Source: Octopus bimaculoides
Taxonomy: Eukaryota
Reading direction: 5' to 3'
Assembly (NCBI RefSeq): GCF_001194135.2
Contig: NC_069006.1
Span: 23,026,976-23,090,975 of the forward strand
Length of the DNA: 64,000 bases
A program made the translations under genes and the position numbers. Positions within the stretch are counted from its first letter, which is position 1. Each line of letters starts with the position of its first letter. Below the pieces are notes generated by a model. That model did not search any database. It saw nothing but the letters and a program-made list of their open reading frames with translations, and had not been told where the DNA came from. Shown one piece after another: positions 63,766 through 64,000 of this stretch.

Positions 63766-64000
63766 TTATATACATATATATTCACATTCATACCCACATA
63801 TACACACACTCACACATGTACACATAGATATATACATATACATTGGTATATGTGTGTTTGCGTTAATATAAATCTATATAAACATGTGTAATTCTTTATC
63901 TTCTTAATAGATTCTTCACCTGGAAGCCGAGTTGGCTTAAACCTGCGCCAGCCTCTGTACTTGGGTGGAATTGACCCACAATACAAAGTTGCTGATGGTA
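118..64000 (+). CDS. HSPG2: Perlecan (basement membrane heparan sulfate proteoglycan core protein), multi-exon, partial at both ends; 69 exons traced
   Basis: Spliced translation gives Ig x4, LDLa x3, Ig, 3x(laminin-B + laminin-EGF), Ig x12, LG1, EGF, LG2; the LDLa-to-LG2 part of this order is diagnostic of perlecan. All introns are GT-AG with compatible phases. No start or stop codon in the window. Confidence 0.96.
496..565. repeat. Perfect 35-bp tandem duplication
   Basis: TATTGGTCAGCATGAGGTTATGGTAGAAGACAAAT x2. Confidence 0.9.
1378..2507 (+). CDS. HSPG2: Perlecan N-terminal Ig domain b (exons 1378-1502, 2363-2507)
   Basis: [22 protein letters not shown]|[29 protein letters not shown]; 125+145 nt. 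Confidence 0.9.
2098..2263 (-). mobile_element. Fragment of dispersed repeat family A (SINE/LINE 3' tail family)
   Basis: CAGCTGGATGCCCTTCCTAATGCCAACCACTC..TTTTACGTGCCAC; matches copies at 17783, 23719, 32815 and 59372. Ends approximate. Confidence 0.75.
3418..4043 (+). CDS. HSPG2: Perlecan N-terminal Ig domain c (exons 3418-3542, 3899-4043)
   Basis: [22 protein letters not shown]|[29 protein letters not shown]; 125+145 nt. Confidence 0.88.
4496..5761 (+). CDS. HSPG2: Perlecan N-terminal Ig domain d (exons 4496-4620, 5617-5761)
   Basis: [22 protein letters not shown]|[29 protein letters not shown]; 125+145 nt. Confidence 0.9.
5021..5190 (+). mobile_element. tRNA-derived SINE-like repeat, family B
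   Basis: GGCTGTGTGGTTGAG..GGTTCAGTCCC head, then GATGGAAACTGAAAGAAG; similar to 16946-17252 and 50250-50535. Ends approximate. Confidence 0.7.
6316..7345 (+). CDS. HSPG2: Perlecan domain II: three LDL-receptor class A repeats (exons 6316-6456, 6547-6666, 7214-7345)
   Basis: [35 protein letters not shown]; [35 protein letters not shown]; [36 protein letters not shown]. Six Cys and the DxSDE motif in each; all phase 1-1. Confidence 0.95.
7508..7727. mobile_element. piggyBac-like MITE
   Basis: TTAA at 7504-7507 and 7728-7731 flank inverted termini TCCTTTAGCATT / AATGCTAAAGGG. Confidence 0.7.
8429..8716 (+). CDS. HSPG2: Perlecan domain II Ig domain (single exon)
   Basis: [44 protein letters not shown]; the WRLNWG motif is typical of this perlecan Ig. 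Confidence 0.95.
9238..11840 (+). CDS. HSPG2: Perlecan domain III-1 laminin-B (IV type A) domain (exons 9238-9362, 9464-9643, 10117-10209, 10676-10759, 11065-11207, 11732-11840)
   Basis: [29 protein letters not shown]|[46 protein letters not shown]. Confidence 0.94.
10270..10520 (+). mobile_element. tRNA-derived SINE-like repeat, family C
   Basis: GAGTTCAAATTCTGCCGAGGTCAACTTTGCCTTTCATCCTTTC..AAGTACCAG core; further copies near 18700-19110, 21655-22025, 24620-24775, 52700-52990 and 62330-62495. Ends approximate. Confidence 0.7.
12108..14589 (+). CDS. HSPG2: Perlecan domain III laminin-EGF repeats, block 1 (exons 12108-12218, 12578-12699, 13099-13247, 13900-13967, 14449-14589)
   Basis: [21 protein letters not shown]|[25 protein letters not shown]|FTKKC..|[23 protein letters not shown]. 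Confidence 0.94.
14244..14295. repeat. (ATT)n microsatellite
   Basis: Long uninterrupted ATT run; one of many (AT)n, (CA)n, (CT)n and (ATT)n intronic microsatellites, several beside N gaps. Confidence 0.9.
14962..18604 (+). CDS. HSPG2: Perlecan domain III-2 laminin-B domain (exons 14962-15144, 15796-15888, 16555-16638, 17453-17571, 18496-18604)
   Basis: [13 protein letters not shown]|[48 protein letters not shown]. Confidence 0.94.
16946..17252 (+). mobile_element. tRNA-derived SINE-like repeat, family B
   Basis: GGGTTCAGTCCCACTG..ACCTTGGGCAAGTGTCTTCTAC..GAAACTGAAAGAAGCC..AAGTACCAG. Ends approximate. Confidence 0.72.
17783..18082 (+). mobile_element. Young copy of repeat family A ending in (GAT)n
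   Basis: GGCGTTAGGAAGGGCATCCAGCTGTAGAAACTCTGCC..CCAACCCATGCTAGCATGGAAAGCGGACGTTAAACGACGATGATGATG. Confidence 0.8.
19175..22311 (+). CDS. HSPG2: Perlecan domain III laminin-EGF repeats, block 2 (exons 19175-19288, 19515-19642, 20833-20919, 21042-21100, 21445-21527, 22171-22311)
   Basis: [27 protein letters not shown]|[20 protein letters not shown]..|[17 protein letters not shown]. Confidence 0.94.
20111..20617. mobile_element. 212-bp Penelope-like terminal-repeat fragment present twice (20111-20322, 20406-20617) on either side of an N gap
   Basis: The two copies look identical; a third copy lies at about 51246-51439; a hammerhead-like motif is on the minus strand. Confidence 0.6.
23176..25621 (+). 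CDS. HSPG2: Perlecan domain III-3 laminin-B domain (exons 23176-23367, 24167-24262, 24826-24909, 25391-25621)
   Basis: [13 protein letters not shown]|[47 protein letters not shown]. Confidence 0.94.
23719..23923 (+). mobile_element. Repeat family A copy
   Basis: GGCACGTAAAAGCACCCACTACAC..GGAAAGCAGATGTTAAACGATGAT. Confidence 0.78.
25818..30067 (+). CDS. HSPG2: Perlecan domain III laminin-EGF repeats, block 3 (exons 25818-25934, 26441-26568, 28799-28885, 30006-30067)
   Basis: [21 protein letters not shown]|[31 protein letters not shown]|FSPTC..|[11 protein letters not shown]. Confidence 0.93.
27158..27509 (+). mobile_element. HINE/Helentron-like non-autonomous element
   Basis: 5' subTIR ACCTCTGCC (27162-27170), 3' subTIR GGCGGAGGT (27477-27485), then terminal hairpin GCGCTC-TCT-GAGTGC (27488-27502) and a T-rich end. 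Confidence 0.65.
30407..32280 (+). CDS. HSPG2: Perlecan domain IV Ig1 (exon 30407-30679) and Ig2 (exons 31189-31292, 32109-32280)
   Basis: [21 protein letters not shown]; VQMECTVVG..|[15 protein letters not shown]. Confidence 0.93.
32815..33243 (-). mobile_element. Young repeat family A copy with internal duplication
   Basis: Reverse complement of 17783-18082; the segment TTATGTGCCACCCGCACAAGAGCCAGTCCAGGGGCACTGGCAACGATCTC occurs twice. Confidence 0.8.
33357..34964 (+). CDS. HSPG2: Perlecan domain IV Ig3 (exon 33357-33614) and Ig4 (exons 33779-33922, 34827-34964)
   Basis: [32 protein letters not shown]; [22 protein letters not shown]. Confidence 0.92.
34194..34424. mobile_element. Fold-back (palindromic) MITE-like element
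   Basis: Arms of about 105 bp are near reverse complements around a short AT spacer. Confidence 0.8.
34991..35047 (+). mobile_element. 5'-truncated 3' tail of repeat family A
   Basis: GTCAAATCGTCCAACCCATGCTAGCATGGAAAGCGGACGTTAAACGATGATGATG. Confidence 0.8.
35172..37126 (+). CDS. HSPG2: Perlecan domain IV Ig5 (exons 35172-35320, 35772-35889) and Ig6 (exons 36072-36195, 36972-37126)
   Basis: [18 protein letters not shown]..|[11 protein letters not shown]; [19 protein letters not shown]|..[11 protein letters not shown]. Confidence 0.93.
38014..40600 (+). CDS. HSPG2: Perlecan domain IV Ig7 (exon 38014-38280), Ig8 (exons 38750-38839, 39600-39779), Ig9 (exon 40340-40600)
   Basis: [24 protein letters not shown]; VIVKCESQ|..[15 protein letters not shown]; [21 protein letters not shown]. 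Confidence 0.92.
40850..44094 (+). CDS. HSPG2: Perlecan domain IV Ig10 (exons 40850-41012, 41506-41603), Ig11 (42268-42354, 42506-42688), Ig12 (43136-43268, 43967-44094)
   Basis: [26 protein letters not shown]; VEFDCIVST|..IQWSK..DAGTYKC; [25 protein letters not shown]. Confidence 0.92.
42424..42502. repeat. (CAT)/(TAT)n microsatellite abutting the acceptor of exon 42506
   Basis: The repeat runs directly into ttcag (AG at 42504-42505). Confidence 0.88.
44919..46760 (+). CDS. HSPG2: Perlecan domain V LG1, EGF1 and start of EGF2 (exons 44919-45032, 45373-45552, 45892-46038, 46542-46760)
   Basis: [85 protein letters not shown]1 fits the C2-xxxx-T-C3 O-fucose consensus. Confidence 0.94.
49686..50731 (+). 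CDS. HSPG2: Perlecan domain V LG2, first part (exons 49686-49910, 50615-50731)
   Basis: [44 protein letters not shown]|[18 protein letters not shown]; ends in phase 1. Confidence 0.94.
51246..51439. mobile_element. Third copy of the Penelope-like fragment, embedded in (TA)n
   Basis: Near-identical to 20111-20322 and flanked by (TA)n on both sides. Confidence 0.65.
52462..52560. repeat. Minisatellite, unit of about 24-25 bp, x4
   Basis: TGATATTCTCTCATTCCATTAACT-like units. Confidence 0.8.
53608..53646 (+). CDS. HSPG2: Candidate alternative 39-nt microexon in LG2, (V)[12 protein letters not shown]
   Basis: Acceptor ttcttcttttgtcccccag, donor GAG|gtatat, 39 nt, phase 1-1, no stop, more GC-rich than its flanks. 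No transcript evidence available. Confidence 0.55.
57451..57483 (+). CDS. HSPG2: Candidate alternative 33-nt microexon in LG2, (A)[10 protein letters not shown]
   Basis: Acceptor ttatttctgtctgtaaaag, donor CAG|gtaaaa, phase 1-1, open frame. Confidence 0.3.
58758..58781 (+). CDS. HSPG2: Candidate alternative 24-nt microexon in LG2, (E)AVLSSLL
   Basis: Very strong acceptor tttttttctttttttag, donor TAG|gtatag, phase 1-1, open frame. Confidence 0.4.
   Translation, partial: RLCSPPS
59372..59655 (+). mobile_element. Diverged repeat family A copy with an internal tandem array of about 24 nt
   Basis: About six GCCACATAAAAGCACC-like units (59372-59508) precede GGCATTAGGAAGGGCATCCAG..CCAACCCATGCCAGCATGG..TGATGATG. 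Confidence 0.72.
60098..60138 (+). CDS. HSPG2: Candidate alternative exon in LG2, (A)[12 protein letters not shown]; 3' boundary ambiguous
   Basis: Very strong acceptor cccctttttctttcattttatttctag followed by a GC-rich, codon-like segment in phase 1. Confidence 0.4.
60326..60577. mobile_element. piggyBac-like MITE (same terminus type as 7508-7727)
   Basis: Termini CCCTTTAGCATTCA / TGAATGCTGAAGGG; degenerate TTAA-like flanks; internal 30-bp duplication. Confidence 0.6.
63911..64000 (+). CDS. HSPG2: Perlecan domain V LG2 continuation (exon truncated by window end)
   Basis: Acceptor ttcttaatag at 63910; phase 1 gives (D)[29 protein letters not shown], continuing LG2 in frame. Confidence 0.92.

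Noticed and set aside
50732-63910. Nested gene on the minus strand of the large intron
   Set aside because: No consistent set of minus-strand exons or recognisable protein was found; the ORF-track hits are low-complexity or microsatellite translations.

Overview
AT-rich eukaryotic genomic DNA with many microsatellites and N gaps; the repeat families and (AT)n-flanked gaps suggest a cephalopod, probably Octopus (inference). The whole window lies inside one + strand gene, perlecan (HSPG2 / trol / unc-52). I traced 69 GT-AG exons with consistent phases (about 9,600 coding nt, about 3,200 codons); both gene ends are outside the window. Domain order: at least 4 tandem Ig domains, 3 LDLa, Ig, domain III (3 laminin-B domains plus laminin-EGF repeats), 12 Ig domains (domain IV), LG1, EGF1, an EGF2 exon probably hidden in a gap, then LG2 (partial). 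The most unusual feature is a 13,179-nt intron (50732-63910) that splits a loop of LG2 and holds several short candidate exons in the correct phase. The best one (53608-53646, 39 nt) would create an RGDS motif across the splice junction; adding a 24-nt candidate (58758-58781) would change it to RGE. This suggests a splicing-controlled integrin-binding switch in a loop that appears equivalent to the agrin y/A site and neurexin SS4; it is inferred from DNA only and needs RNA evidence. Introns also carry SINE/LINE-tail repeats, piggyBac-like MITEs, a HINE-like element, a fold-back hairpin, inverted repeats around two Ig domains, and hammerhead-like motifs.
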